Assembly (NCBI GenBank): GCA_002753565.1 | Contig: PEAM01000002.1 | Span: forward strand, 138,783 to 202,782 | Direction of reading: 5' to 3' | Length of the DNA: 64,000 nt | From: Magnetococcales bacterium | Lineage (GTDB): Bacteria > Pseudomonadota > Magnetococcia > Magnetococcales > JADFYX01 | In this document: positions 7,874 to 17,788 of the stretch, piece by piece | Position numbering within the stretch: the first letter of the stretch is position 1 | How the letters are laid out: every line of letters begins with the position of its first letter | Made by a program: the position numbers and the translations under genes | Notes under the pieces: generated by a model | What the model was told of the DNA's origin: nothing | The model's input: the letters and a program-made list of their open reading frames with translations, nothing else | Databases searched by the model: none

Positions 7874-9979
7874 ATGGCCATAGAAATTGATACCAGTGCC
7901 TTTACCGAAGAGGCGTATGAGCTCCTCAGTGAGTTGGAGGACTCCCTCCTGGAACTGGAGGAGAACCCAACCGATCAGGATCTTATCGGTCGGGTTTTCC
8001 GGGCCATGCATACCATCAAAGGTTCCGGAGCCATGTTTGGCTTCGATGAGGTGGCCGAGTTTACCCACGAGGTGGAGACCATCTTCGATCTGGCTCGCAA
8101 TGGGACCATTCCGGTCACCAAGGTACTGATCGACCTGACCCTGGCGGCCCGAGACCATATCCGTGCCTTGCTGGATGCTGCCGCCGGCGGTGACGAGGCC
8201 GATAAGGTGGAGGCCCAGCGTATTATCGATGGCCTGCGCGCCCTGGACCCCAGCAACAGCGACCAACCTGCGGCAGCCAAAGCGGCTCCGGCAGCCAAAA
8301 AAGGGGCAAAAGCCAAAGATGAGGATGGCCCCCAACTCTTTCGAATCCGCTTCAAACCCCACCCAGAAATTTTTGCCAACGGCACCAACCCCCTTCTGCT
8401 TTTGGGAGAGGTCACGGATCTGGGCGAAACCCGCGTGGTGACACACCATGAGGCGCTACCAGAGCTGGAAGCCCTGGACCCGGAGCAGTGCCATGTCTCC
8501 TGGGAGATTTTTCTTACCACTGAAGAGGGGGAGAATGCCATTGAGGATATCTTCATCTTTGTGGGTGAAGATTGTGAGGTCAATATTCGGGCTTTGGATC
8601 AGGAGGAGGAGCTGACCACTTCACCCCAAAAACTGGGGGATATCCTTGTCCAGCGGGGGGATATTGCGCCGGGCATCCTGGAGGATGCCTTAAAACCCAT
8701 TGGTGACCGACTGATTGCCTCGGGTGCCGTCTCCCAAAGCAAAGTCAAGGCGGCTTTGGAAGAGCAAAAAGCTGTTAAACAGAAACGGGACCAAAAAAAG
8801 AAACAGGAGTCGGCAACCAGTATTCGGGTGCCATCGGACAAGCTGGATAATCTGGTCGATCTGGTGGGAGAGCTGGTGACGGTTCAGGCCCGTCTCAACC
8901 AGATATCCAGCACACGGGATAATCACGATCTTCAGGTTATTGCCGAAGAGGTGGAGCGTCTGACCGGCGAGTTGCGCGACAACACCATGAGCATTCGCAT
9001 GTTGGCGATTGGCTCCACCTTCAATAAGTTCAAACGTCTGGTTCGCGACCTCTCCAAAGATTTGGGTAAAGAGATCGAGATGACCACCGAAGGGGCCGAC
9101 ACGGAACTGGACAAAAATGTCATCGACCAGCTCAACGATCCCCTTGTTCATATCATCCGTAACAGTATCGACCACGGGGTAGAGGGGCCGGAAGAGCGGG
9201 TTGCCAACGGTAAACCGGCTCAAGGGAAAATCCATCTGGCTGCCATCCACTCCGGCGCCAGTGTCTTGATTCGGGTTGACGATGACGGGGCCGGCCTCAA
9301 TGCCGACATGCTGCGTCAAAAGGCTGTCGAAAAAGGCACGGTTCCACCCGATGTCGAGTTGACTGACAAAGAGGCCTATCAGCTTATCTTCGGTGCCGGA
9401 TTCTCCATGGCCAAGGCCATTACCAATGTTTCCGGTCGTGGGGTGGGCATGGATGTGGTCCGTCGTTCCATCGATAATCTACGCGGCACCATCGATGTCT
9501 CCAGTACCCTGGGTAAGGGAACCTCCATCACCCTGAAGCTGCCTCTGACTCTGGCTATCATTGAAGGTCTGCTGATCAAGGTCGGTGACGAACTGTATGT
9601 CTTGCCCCTGGCAGCGGTGGAAGAGTGTGTCGAGCTTTCGGCCGGAGATGTGGCCAATGCCCACGGTCGCCATGTCATTAATGTTCGAGATGAGATTGTG
9701 CCCTACATTCGGCTGCGAGACCGCTTTGAAGTGGAGGGTACCCGGCCTGAGATTGAACAGATCGTTATCTCGGAGGTCAACGAAAAACGGGTCGGTTTTG
9801 TGGTGGATGATGTCATCGGTCAGCATCAGACGGTCATTAAAAGTCTGGGCAGTAATTTTGAACACTCCGAAGAGTTCTCCGGCGCCACCATTTTGGGTGA
9901 CGGTACGGTTGCCCTGATCATCGATTTGGGCAAAATGGTACGCTTCGTCGAGTCTGAAGAAGAAGAGAGCCCAGAGTAA
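7874..9979 (+). CDS. cheA: Chemotaxis histidine kinase CheA
   Basis: 701 aa with Hpt 'FRAMHTIKGSGAMFGF', N-box 'HIIRNSIDHGVE', G1 'DDGAGL', G2 'SGRGVGMDVV' and a C-terminal CheW-like P5. Confidence 0.95.
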   Translation: MAIEIDTSAFTEEAYELLSELEDSLLELEENPTDQDLIGRVFRAMHTIKGSGAMFGFDEVAEFTHEVETIFDLARNGTIPVTKVLIDLTLAARDHIRALLDAAAGGDEADKVEAQRIIDGLRALDPSNSDQPAAAKAAPAAKKGAKAKDEDGPQLFRIRFKPHPEIFANGTNPLLLLGEVTDLGETRVVTHHEALPELEALDPEQCHVSWEIFLTTEEGENAIEDIFIFVGEDCEVNIRALDQEEELTTSPQKLGDILVQRGDIAPGILEDALKPIGDRLIASGAVSQSKVKAALEEQKAVKQKRDQKKKQESATSIRVPSDKLDNLVDLVGELVTVQARLNQISSTRDNHDLQVIAEEVERLTGELRDNTMSIRMLAIGSTFNKFKRLVRDLSKDLGKEIEMTTEGADTELDKNVIDQLNDPLVHIIRNSIDHGVEGPEERVANGKPAQGKIHLAAIHSGASVLIRVDDDGAGLNADMLRQKAVEKGTVPPDVELTDKEAYQLIFGAGFSMAKAITNVSGRGVGMDVVRRSIDNLRGTIDVSSTLGKGTSITLKLPLTLAIIEGLLIKVGDELYVLPLAAVEECVELSAGDVANAHGRHVINVRDEIVPYIRLRDRFEVEGTRPEIEQIVISEVNEKRVGFVVDDVIGQHQTVIKSLGSNFEHSEEFSGATILGDGTVALIIDLGKMVRFVESEEEESPE

Positions 9980-9991
9980 AGACAGCCAATT

Positions 9992-12709
9992 ATGACCATG
10001 CGGAATAAAATCACGGTACTCATTTTACTGGCCGGGGTGCTCCCTTTGCTGGTCATTGCTGGCGTGGCCCACTATCTGGCGAAAGATTCCATCGTTGAAG
10101 TGACCCTGAGCCAACTTGAGTCCATCCGCAGCACCAAAAGAGCCGCAGTAGAGCACTATTTCAGCCAACGCAAGAAGGATATCGCCCTTCTGGTTCAGAG
10201 CGTCAAAAGCCTGAACAACCAGACCAACAACGCTTTGGAGCAACTTCGAGATACCAATCTTCAGCGGGTGTCAGAATTGATCCAGGCACGGAGCCAGGAT
10301 CTCTCCATTCTCTCCACCAACAAAAACCTGGGCCAGACCATGGCCACGATCGACTGGGTTTTTCGGGAAGCGGGGAAAAAGACCGATGGAAAAAAATGGC
10401 AGCAGATTGTCCAGAGCCACACCCCCTGGCTGGATGAGTTCCGGTCGGCCCGTGAACTGCACGATCTCTACCTGGTCTCCCGCCGAGGAGATCTCTACTT
10501 CTCCTCGGGGCGGGGAGATGAGTTGGGGATCAACCTGAAAAAAGCCAAGGATACCCCTCTCGGTCAGCTGTTCGAGCAGGTCCAGGAACAGAAGCGGGTT
10601 ATCCTGCAAGATCACTCTGTTGAAGATGCAGAGGGTAAAAGGGAGCCTCTGCTCTTTATCGGCACCCCGGTCACCTACAAGGGGAACGATATTGGCATGG
10701 TGGCTATCGCTCTCTCACCCAAAACCTTGCTCAGCCCCATTCTGACTCTGGGCGAGTTGGGGGAGAGTGGACGGAGCTATCTGGTCGGGCCGGACAAACA
10801 GTGGCGTACCGACCCCCTGAATCGGCAATCTCTCCCTCTCTCTTCATCGGTAGCCAAGCTCCCCATCAGCCTGGAAGCGGTAGACAGAGCTCTGGCAGGC
10901 GAAAGTGACTCCGGTATCATAACCAATGGCAAGAGCCTTCGCCTGGCCGCGTGGCGACCTCTGGAGGTAGCCGGTCAACGGTGGGCTGTGATTACCGAGA
11001 CCGATCCCAATGAAGCCTTTGGTCGTACAGCCAAGGGAGGATTGGGGAAAAAATATCTGGAGACCTCTGGCTACTACGATCTTTTTCTCATTAAACCCAA
11101 CGGCTTGGTTTTCCATACAGCGGCCCAACAGAGGGATTATGGCACCAACCTTCTAGAGGGTCCCTTTGCCGACTCCAACCTCTCTCACCTTTTTCAACAG
11201 GTGATGCAGAACAAAACCGTTGGCCTGACCGATGTCGCAGCCTACAAGCCCAGCAACGGTGAGCCGTCCGCTTTTATTGCCGCCCCGCTGCTTCGCCAGG
11301 GAGAGGTGGAGATGGTGGTGGCTCTGCAGCTTCCTCTGGAGGAGCTAACGCAGATTCTTCGCCCTGGGACCAGCCTGGGACCTCAAGGGGATATCTATCT
11401 GGTGGGCTCAGACAGACGAATGCGTTCCGATTCCAGCCTTCTCCCGGAGAGCCACTCTCTTTTGGCCTCTTTCAGTGGCTCTGTTGACGTCAACGGACGG
11501 GAGCTTCCGGCTGTCGATCTGGCCCTGGCTGGTGAGACGGGAACCTTGACCAACCCAAGCGATACCAAGCTCTACGCCTATGCTCCTGTCTTTATCGATA
11601 AACTCCGCTGGGCACTCATCCTCGAGACAGGACCAACCGGTGGGGGGAGTGCGCTCTCTCAACTTCTTACTACCCTGACCTTCATCTGCCTGGGCTTTAT
11701 TCCCCTGGTTGCACTCCTGGCCTGGGTGGGGGCCAACAACACCGTTGGCCCCCTGGCCCATTTTTCTGCACTGATGGCGCAACTCTCCCAAGGAAATTTT
11801 GCGGTACAGCTTAAGCAGGATAATCTGGGGGATCTGGGCAACCTGGGCAATCAGATGGTCGAAATGACCGACCGTCTTGGACAGATGGCGGCCCAAATTC
11901 GTCAGGCGGCAACCCGTTTGATTCAAAGCGGACTCTCTTTGTCGGAGGTCGCAGAAAACCAACAGAGCTGGGCTGGTGGGGCTTTTGAGGGTGGTGTCGA
12001 CAACCGAGACTACACCGCCATTACTCGGGCTATTCAAGATCTGGATGCCATTCTAAAATATGAGGGAGAGCGGGCGCTCTCCACCGAGCAGGCTGCCGAA
12101 CTGACCTCTCTGGATGTCGCCAAGACCAACCGCTCGGTCAACGAAGCGGTGGCTGCAAGCCGGGATGTATCGGAACGTATTTTTGTCATGGAGGAGACCT
12201 CTCGCCAAATTCGTCTTCTGGCGATGAATGCTGCTGTTGAGGCAGCCCGCTCTGGCAGCTCGGGTGAGCCTTTTATCGAGATGGCCAAAGAGATGCGCAC
12301 TCTGGCGGAGCAGAATCGGGTAGCGGCCAGCGAAATTCACCGCCTCTCCACCTCCAGCACCCAATTGACCAAGCAGGCCGGGCAGGCTTTGAGTACCCTC
12401 TCTCCGAGCATTCGAAAAAGTGTTGAGCTGATACATGAACAGTCCAACGACAGGACCAGCCAACGAGAAGCCTTGAAGGCGTTGTTGGAGCAGGTGAAAA
12501 AACTCTCTTCTACTCCAACGGCTTCTACCACCACACAACCGGCTGTTGCTCCGCTCAATCGTGGGATTTCCCAGAAAATTGCTTTGCTCAACAAGCGATC
12601 AGAGGAGCTTATGGAAGCTCTGGCCTCCTTTATTCCCCCTCGTGGCGAAGAGCCTGCTGCCGATACCCATAAAGAGGGTGGATCAGGTGGTAATTTATTC
12701 GACCATTAG
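9992..12709 (+). CDS. Methyl-accepting chemotaxis protein with large tandem Cache-like periplasmic region
   Basis: 905 aa. It has an N-terminal TM, about 540 aa between the two TM segments containing two similar modules, a HAMP-like segment, and a divergent signalling tip 'IRLLAMNAAVEAARSG'. Confidence 0.8.
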   Translation: MTMRNKITVLILLAGVLPLLVIAGVAHYLAKDSIVEVTLSQLESIRSTKRAAVEHYFSQRKKDIALLVQSVKSLNNQTNNALEQLRDTNLQRVSELIQARSQDLSILSTNKNLGQTMATIDWVFREAGKKTDGKKWQQIVQSHTPWLDEFRSARELHDLYLVSRRGDLYFSSGRGDELGINLKKAKDTPLGQLFEQVQEQKRVILQDHSVEDAEGKREPLLFIGTPVTYKGNDIGMVAIALSPKTLLSPILTLGELGESGRSYLVGPDKQWRTDPLNRQSLPLSSSVAKLPISLEAVDRALAGESDSGIITNGKSLRLAAWRPLEVAGQRWAVITETDPNEAFGRTAKGGLGKKYLETSGYYDLFLIKPNGLVFHTAAQQRDYGTNLLEGPFADSNLSHLFQQVMQNKTVGLTDVAAYKPSNGEPSAFIAAPLLRQGEVEMVVALQLPLEELTQILRPGTSLGPQGDIYLVGSDRRMRSDSSLLPESHSLLASFSGSVDVNGRELPAVDLALAGETGTLTNPSDTKLYAYAPVFIDKLRWALILETGPTGGGSALSQLLTTLTFICLGFIPLVALLAWVGANNTVGPLAHFSALMAQLSQGNFAVQLKQDNLGDLGNLGNQMVEMTDRLGQMAAQIRQAATRLIQSGLSLSEVAENQQSWAGGAFEGGVDNRDYTAITRAIQDLDAILKYEGERALSTEQAAELTSLDVAKTNRSVNEAVAASRDVSERIFVMEETSRQIRLLAMNAAVEAARSGSSGEPFIEMAKEMRTLAEQNRVAASEIHRLSTSSTQLTKQAGQALSTLSPSIRKSVELIHEQSNDRTSQREALKALLEQVKKLSSTPTASTTTQPAVAPLNRGISQKIALLNKRSEELMEALASFIPPRGEEPAADTHKEGGSGGNLFDH

Positions 12710-12797
12710 GGCTGATAGGGGTTAAGCTGTGATTCAGCCTTGATGGGAATGTTAGAGTGCTTCCATTTGTTAAACACTTTTTTTCAGGAGAAAATCC

Positions 12798-13280
12798 ATG
12801 GACGAACAGCTTTCAGCCCCTTCTACCCAATATTTGACTTTTCTGCTGGACGATGAAGTTTTTGCCGTCGATATCTCAAAAATCCGGGAAGTTCTCGAAT
12901 ACACCTCTGTTACCAAGGTACCGCGAACCCCTCGGTTTATGCGTGGTGTCATCAACCTTCGCGGCAGTGTGGTTCCGGTGGTTGACATGCGGGCCAAGTT
13001 CCAGATGCCCAGTACAGAAAAAACGGTCAACACCTGTATTATCATTCTAGAGGTGGCTACTGAAGAAGGCATGACCGTCATGGGCGCCCTGGCTGATTCG
13101 GTACAGGAGGTGATGGAGTTGGGTCCGGGCCAAATTGAACCTCCCCCCAAGATTGGCACACGTCTGCGCAGTGATTTTCTCATTGGCATGGGTAAACATG
13201 ATGGCCGGTTTATCATGATTCTGGATATTGACAAAATTTTCTCTGCGGATGAACTCTCTCAAGTGCAGAACGCCGCCTGA
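12798..13280 (+). CDS. cheW: Chemotaxis coupling protein CheW
   Basis: 160 aa with 'YLTFLLDDEVFAVDISKIREVLEY..VPRTPRFMRGVINLRGSVVPVVDM'. AGGAG lies upstream of the ATG. Confidence 0.9.
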   Translation: MDEQLSAPSTQYLTFLLDDEVFAVDISKIREVLEYTSVTKVPRTPRFMRGVINLRGSVVPVVDMRAKFQMPSTEKTVNTCIIILEVATEEGMTVMGALADSVQEVMELGPGQIEPPPKIGTRLRSDFLIGMGKHDGRFIMILDIDKIFSADELSQVQNAA

Positions 13281-13434
13281 TGCATTCAATCCAACAAGCA
13301 GCATGGTGTTGTACAATGGAGGACCATGGCAGTGTGGAGATTATGATCAACTGGTGTGGTCTGACTGTTTTTACCCTCTTGCCAACCGGGTAGGGAGGGT
13401 TTCAGGGTGTGGTATTAGCTGGTAGAAATGAGCT

Positions 13435-14538
13435 ATGGTTGAGCAAAAAAAAATACGGGTTCTCATTGTCGATGACTCTGCTGTTGTCCGACAGACCATG
13501 GATAAGATCCTAAAGTCCGACCCTTCCATCGAGGTGATCGGTCATGCACAAGATCCTTTTGTAGCAGCCTCCCAGATCAAAAAACTTGTTCCCGACGTCA
13601 TCACCCTCGATGTCGAGATGCCTCGGATGGACGGCATTACCTTCCTGCAAAAAATTATGACTCAGCACCCCATACCGGTGGTGATGTGCTCCACTCTAAC
13701 CACAGCCGGGTCGGAGACCGCTCTTAAAGCCTTGGAGTATGGAGCGGTTGAGATTATTACCAAGCCGAAAATGGGGACAAAAGCTTTTTTGGAGGAGTCT
13801 CGTATCCGCATCTGTGATGCGGTAAAAGCAGCCGCTCTTTCCAATGTAAAAAAGCTCTCTGGAAAGCGGGTGCAAACCATCGGCAGATCAAACAGGGTAG
13901 CCCCCAAGCTGACAGCGGATGCTGTTCTGGCTGCTCCAACCAAAGCAACCCGAGCCATGACCCAAACCACAGAAAAAGTGGTGATGGTTGGTGCCTCAAC
14001 AGGTGGAACAGAGGCGCTGCGGGTCTTTCTGGAGGCCCTGCCGGCTGATGCGCCGGGCATTGTCATTGTGCAACATATGCCTGAAGCCTTTACCAAGGCT
14101 TTTGCCGACCGTCTGAATACTCTGTGTCGCATGACCGTTAAAGAGGCAGAAAACAATGATTCGGTCGTTCCCGGTCGTGCCTTGATTGCCCCAGGAAGCA
14201 AACATGCTCTGCTCAAGCGTAGTGGCGCTCGATATTTTGTCGAGATTAAGGATGGCCCCCTGGTCAGTCGTCATCGCCCCTCTGTTGATGTTCTTTTTCG
14301 TTCGGCGGCTCGCTATGCGGGAAAAAACTGTGTCGGCGTGATCATGACCGGAATGGGTGATGATGGTGCCAGGGGTATGAAAGAGATGAAAGATGCCGGC
14401 GCCACCAATATTGCCCAAGACGAAAAAAGCTGCATTGTTTTTGGTATGCCCAAGGAGGCGATCAAACACGGCGGTGTCGATAGTATTCTACCACTGAACA
14501 AAATAGCTCAAGAAGTTCTCAAACAATGCGCCGGATGA
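13435..14538 (+). CDS. cheB: Chemotaxis methylesterase/glutaminase CheB (receiver + esterase)
   Basis: 367 aa with receiver motifs '[20 protein letters not shown]' and catalytic motifs '[10 protein letters not shown]', 'VQHMP' and 'TGMGDDGA'. Confidence 0.95.
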   Translation: MVEQKKIRVLIVDDSAVVRQTMDKILKSDPSIEVIGHAQDPFVAASQIKKLVPDVITLDVEMPRMDGITFLQKIMTQHPIPVVMCSTLTTAGSETALKALEYGAVEIITKPKMGTKAFLEESRIRICDAVKAAALSNVKKLSGKRVQTIGRSNRVAPKLTADAVLAAPTKATRAMTQTTEKVVMVGASTGGTEALRVFLEALPADAPGIVIVQHMPEAFTKAFADRLNTLCRMTVKEAENNDSVVPGRALIAPGSKHALLKRSGARYFVEIKDGPLVSRHRPSVDVLFRSAARYAGKNCVGVIMTGMGDDGARGMKEMKDAGATNIAQDEKSCIVFGMPKEAIKHGGVDSILPLNKIAQEVLKQCAG

Positions 14539-14636
14539 GCCTCTACCCTATGGTCATTCTGCCCCACCCCCTATCCATAAAGTTGGCAGAAACCGATCTG
14601 AGAGGGGTGTGTGTGGCTAAGGAAACCGTTAGATAG

Positions 14637-15518
14637 ATGAACGGTTATCAAAAAGAGCAGGTTGAGAGTGGCGGCAGACCTGCCCTCTCTGATCGTGATT
14701 TTCACAAACTAAGCCGGGCGTTTCAAAAACGGTTTGCCCTTTTGATCTCTCCTGACGAAAAACAGTTACTCACCGACTGTCTCACCAACCGGGCCAGACA
14801 ACTGGGCATGCGCTCTCAGCTAAAATATCTGGATCACCTCTTTGACCCGGCCTTTTCCAATGAGGAGTTTGTCTATCTTCTCGATACCCTGACCGGCAAT
14901 CGAACCAACTTTTTCCGCCATCCAGAACATTTCGAATTTCTCGCCCAGACAGCCCTGCCGGAGCTGATTAAACAGCACGGTGCGGGAGTCAGTCGTAATC
15001 TGGTTGTCTGGAGTGCCGGCTGTACCTCTGGAGAGGAGCCATACTCTCTGGCCATGGTGCTTAAACAGTTTTCTGAACACTATCCCGGCATCAACTTCAT
15101 GTTCCAGATTTTGGCTACCGATGTCTCTTTTCGTATTTTGGAGAAGGCTGGTCGGGCTATCTATGATATGGATCAGGTCAAACCCATTCCGGTCTCCATG
15201 AAGAAAAAATTTCTTCTTAAAAGCAAAGACCGTTTTAAACTGCAGGTACGGGTCATTTCCGAACTACGCAAACAGGTTGTTTTCAGGCAGCTGGATTTTT
15301 TGGACCCTCGTTTTGGACTAAGGGAGAAGATGGATATCATCTTTTGCCGTCATGTCATCTGTTATTTTGATCGTCAGAATAAAGAGCGTTTGATTGGTAA
15401 GCTGTGTCAGTATCTTACACCGGGTGGCTATATCTTTTTAGGAGAGACAGAGTCTCTTCGACAGCTTAGTGTCCCCTTGGTTCAGGTGGCCCCTGCCGTC
15501 TACCGCCTCCCCTCCTAA
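14637..15518 (+). CDS. cheR: Chemotaxis methyltransferase CheR
   Basis: 293 aa with 'TNFFRHPEHFEFL' and the SAM-binding motif 'VWSAGCTSGEEPYSLAM'. Confidence 0.9.
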   Translation: MNGYQKEQVESGGRPALSDRDFHKLSRAFQKRFALLISPDEKQLLTDCLTNRARQLGMRSQLKYLDHLFDPAFSNEEFVYLLDTLTGNRTNFFRHPEHFEFLAQTALPELIKQHGAGVSRNLVVWSAGCTSGEEPYSLAMVLKQFSEHYPGINFMFQILATDVSFRILEKAGRAIYDMDQVKPIPVSMKKKFLLKSKDRFKLQVRVISELRKQVVFRQLDFLDPRFGLREKMDIIFCRHVICYFDRQNKERLIGKLCQYLTPGGYIFLGETESLRQLSVPLVQVAPAVYRLPS

Positions 15519-15526
15519 GCGGGAGG

Positions 15527-15733
15527 AGATTCCAACCCAATTGAAAACTATTGTGGATGGGGCTGGGAAGGCATTCATGCCTTCCCAGCGGGTTTGGGCA
15601 GCGCCCAAGGTTTAAGCCTTTGTTTTTAAATTTAAAAGCGTGGGGGTTTATTTAGGGCCTGCAAGGCCTCCCAAGGTGTTGACTTGGCCTTTAGCCGTTG
15701 TCCAAATTTGGTTTTGACTGACACTAACCAAAG
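15527..15733 (+). repeat. MITE-like intergenic repeat, copy A (full length)
   Basis: Shares long near-identical blocks with 31821-32035 (inverted) and 51606-51743. Terminal inverted repeats are 'tccaacccaatt..' and '..caaatttggttttga'. The internal hairpin is ctgggaaggcat-tc-atgccttcccag. Ends are approximate to about 15 bp. Confidence 0.8.
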
Positions 15734-15735
15734 AG

Positions 15736-16404
15736 CTACCAGAGTTCCGGCTCAACCTCTTCTTCGTTTCTTGGATCCGCCAGATTGCCCGGTGGAGCAG
15801 GAATACGACGTTTTCCCAGGCGTGTTTCTAAAAAAGGATAGCGGCTATAGAGGTTCTCCAAGGCTTCAATGACATGATCTTCTGGCACAAAAATGCGTCT
15901 GGCCCAGGCAAATTCCCAAAGTTCCCAATAATGGCTCCGACAGGCATCCCGCTCATTTTGCTCTTTAAAAGCCACATCACAACTCAACTCAAGGGTCAGT
16001 ATCTCTTGAAGCAGAGCCGCGCTGCCTTCCGGGTCTTGAACATACATCTCGGCTTGTTGGGCTTTTGGTTCGCGTTTTTCCAGGTCGATAATGGTCAATC
16101 CGATGGCTTGTACCAGAGGGTTAGCATACAGGCTGTTGGATATACCGACACCTTCCATGGCTTGTGAGAGGCGGTCCTTGGAGTTGGCAAACAGTTCCAG
16201 ACCAATATTGCCCAGTGGTTCTCGCAAGGGATGAAAAACCCCCTGGGTAGTGAGGGTCTTCATGGTCTCCATACCGGTATCATTCCAGATTTCCGTGGGA
16301 AGGAGATCTTCCAGATTATCTTTTCGCATCCGATCATAGCGTACCGAACCATCACGGCGGAGGATGATGGCAAGCATTTCGTCGACCAGGCTATCGTCTG
16401 ACAT
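15736..16404 (-). CDS. Hypothetical protein (acidic, Trp-rich C-terminal part), co-oriented 19 nt downstream of gap
   Basis: 222 aa ORF with an ATG start and GAGGAG about 8 nt upstream. I recognise no motif in it. Confidence 0.6.
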   Translation of the reverse strand: MSDDSLVDEMLAIILRRDGSVRYDRMRKDNLEDLLPTEIWNDTGMETMKTLTTQGVFHPLREPLGNIGLELFANSKDRLSQAMEGVGISNSLYANPLVQAIGLTIIDLEKREPKAQQAEMYVQDPEGSAALLQEILTLELSCDVAFKEQNERDACRSHYWELWEFAWARRIFVPEDHVIEALENLYSRYPFLETRLGKRRIPAPPGNLADPRNEEEVEPELW

Positions 16405-16423
16405 GGTGTACTACTCCTCAGAA

Positions 16424-17659
16424 TTAAAGCAGTTGATCGGATACATGTATCGTCAACTCACTCAACATGTTGGTATAGCTGGCTAACTCATTGTCATACC
16501 AACCATAGATCACAGTTTGGGTAACAGGAACCTCCAAGGTATGGCTATGGAGTATTTTGGTTACCTCGGGTGGAAGTCCTGGAATTTTATCAAGATTAAC
16601 CCGAGTATAGGCGGTCCGGGTGTGTGTCTCTTTAGCCTCGATGACAGCCGCCGCTTTGGGAAAGCCGATAATATCCGAAGAGACATTTTGCCCTTCGGTA
16701 TAAACCAGAAAATCTTGGTAGGGGCCTTGAGCGGCATCCCGGTAAATCTGGTTGATATGACTGCGATTGATCGGATTATCCCGCTCCTCTGACTGTAAAT
16801 TGACCGTCAGAATGATGAGAGACCCTGCCGAGGTGGGTATCCGTACCGACTCCGCCATGAAGCCAATCTCTCCCATCTCTGGGAGGACCAGCCTGAGAGC
16901 CTTGGCGGCTCCTGTGGTGGTCAGGATGATATTGTTTTGAATACTACGGCTTTTGCGAATGTCCGCAGCACCGGTTTTGGGCACGCTATCCAACACCTTT
17001 TGACTGCCGGTTGCCGCATGGACGGTCACCATGGAGGCCGATAAGATCTGGTCGGCCCCAAAATGCTCCAACATGGGTTTCATCATGTAGGAGAGGCAGG
17101 TGGTGGTACAGGAGGCCGCTGAGATAACCGAATGACGGCTGGGATCATACATTTCGTCATTGATACCCATCACGGCTGTCAGGCTGTCATCTGGGGTGGA
17201 AAGGCCTTTGTTTTTAATCTTGAACGGAGCGGAAATCATCACCTTCTCCGCACCAGCCTCCAGATGGCCTCGCAGAGAACCTCCCGGAGCATCCGCCGGT
17301 TTGGTTGGGTCTAGAAAGGCACCGGTACAATCAACCACAACCCGAACACCCGCCTCTTTCCAGCCAATATCTTGAGGGTTGCGGGCCGTCATCAAAAAAC
17401 GGACGGGAATACCATCAATGGTGAGGGTTTTTGCCTTCTCATCCACATTGGCAATCACCTCTTTTCCGTTAAAACCATGGAGAAAGCTGGAGAGGCGTCC
17501 ATAGGAGCTATCTTTCTCGATATGTTGGATTAAATCTCCAAATCCTGTGCCCACTTCACGTCCGACATTAACAACAATCTCAGAAAAGTGTCTCAGGGCG
17601 ATGTGGTTCCAGAGGGTGAGCTTTCCAATTCGACCCAATCCGTTAATGCCCAATTTCAT
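16424..17659 (-). CDS. gap: Glyceraldehyde-3-phosphate dehydrogenase, long form (~411 aa)
   Basis: I placed the start at the internal ATG 17659 ('MKLGINGLGRIGK', the NAD-binding motif), preceded by AGGAG. The catalytic motif is 'SAASCTTTCL'. The 19-aa extension in the ORF track is unlikely to be real. Confidence 0.85.
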   Translation of the reverse strand: MKLGINGLGRIGKLTLWNHIALRHFSEIVVNVGREVGTGFGDLIQHIEKDSSYGRLSSFLHGFNGKEVIANVDEKAKTLTIDGIPVRFLMTARNPQDIGWKEAGVRVVVDCTGAFLDPTKPADAPGGSLRGHLEAGAEKVMISAPFKIKNKGLSTPDDSLTAVMGINDEMYDPSRHSVISAASCTTTCLSYMMKPMLEHFGADQILSASMVTVHAATGSQKVLDSVPKTGAADIRKSRSIQNNIILTTTGAAKALRLVLPEMGEIGFMAESVRIPTSAGSLIILTVNLQSEERDNPINRSHINQIYRDAAQGPYQDFLVYTEGQNVSSDIIGFPKAAAVIEAKETHTRTAYTRVNLDKIPGLPPEVTKILHSHTLEVPVTQTVIYGWYDNELASYTNMLSELTIHVSDQLL

Positions 17660-17788
17660 GAAAAAAAATCTCCTAGCGTCTTGACCGGTTTTATCGGGAA
17701 AAAAATCACCGCACAAGATGGCCCTCTCAAGCGGTAACCCTATTTTGATCTACTATCGGTCGCAAAGCAATGGATGGGTCCATCAAGC

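Noticed and set aside
15527-15733. Whether the repeated hairpin-containing elements could be a CRISPR array or a REP/BIME cluster.
   Set aside because: The copies are single, tens of kilobases apart, about 140-215 bp long and have inverted termini. There is no regular repeat-spacer periodicity and no cas genes. They are reported as MITE-like instead.
15684-15872. Small ORFs inside or next to the repeats (15684-15872 and 51860-52066).
   Set aside because: The first starts within the repeat and runs antisense into the 222-aa gene. The second is antisense to the kinase-FGE gene. Neither has an RBS or recognisable motifs.
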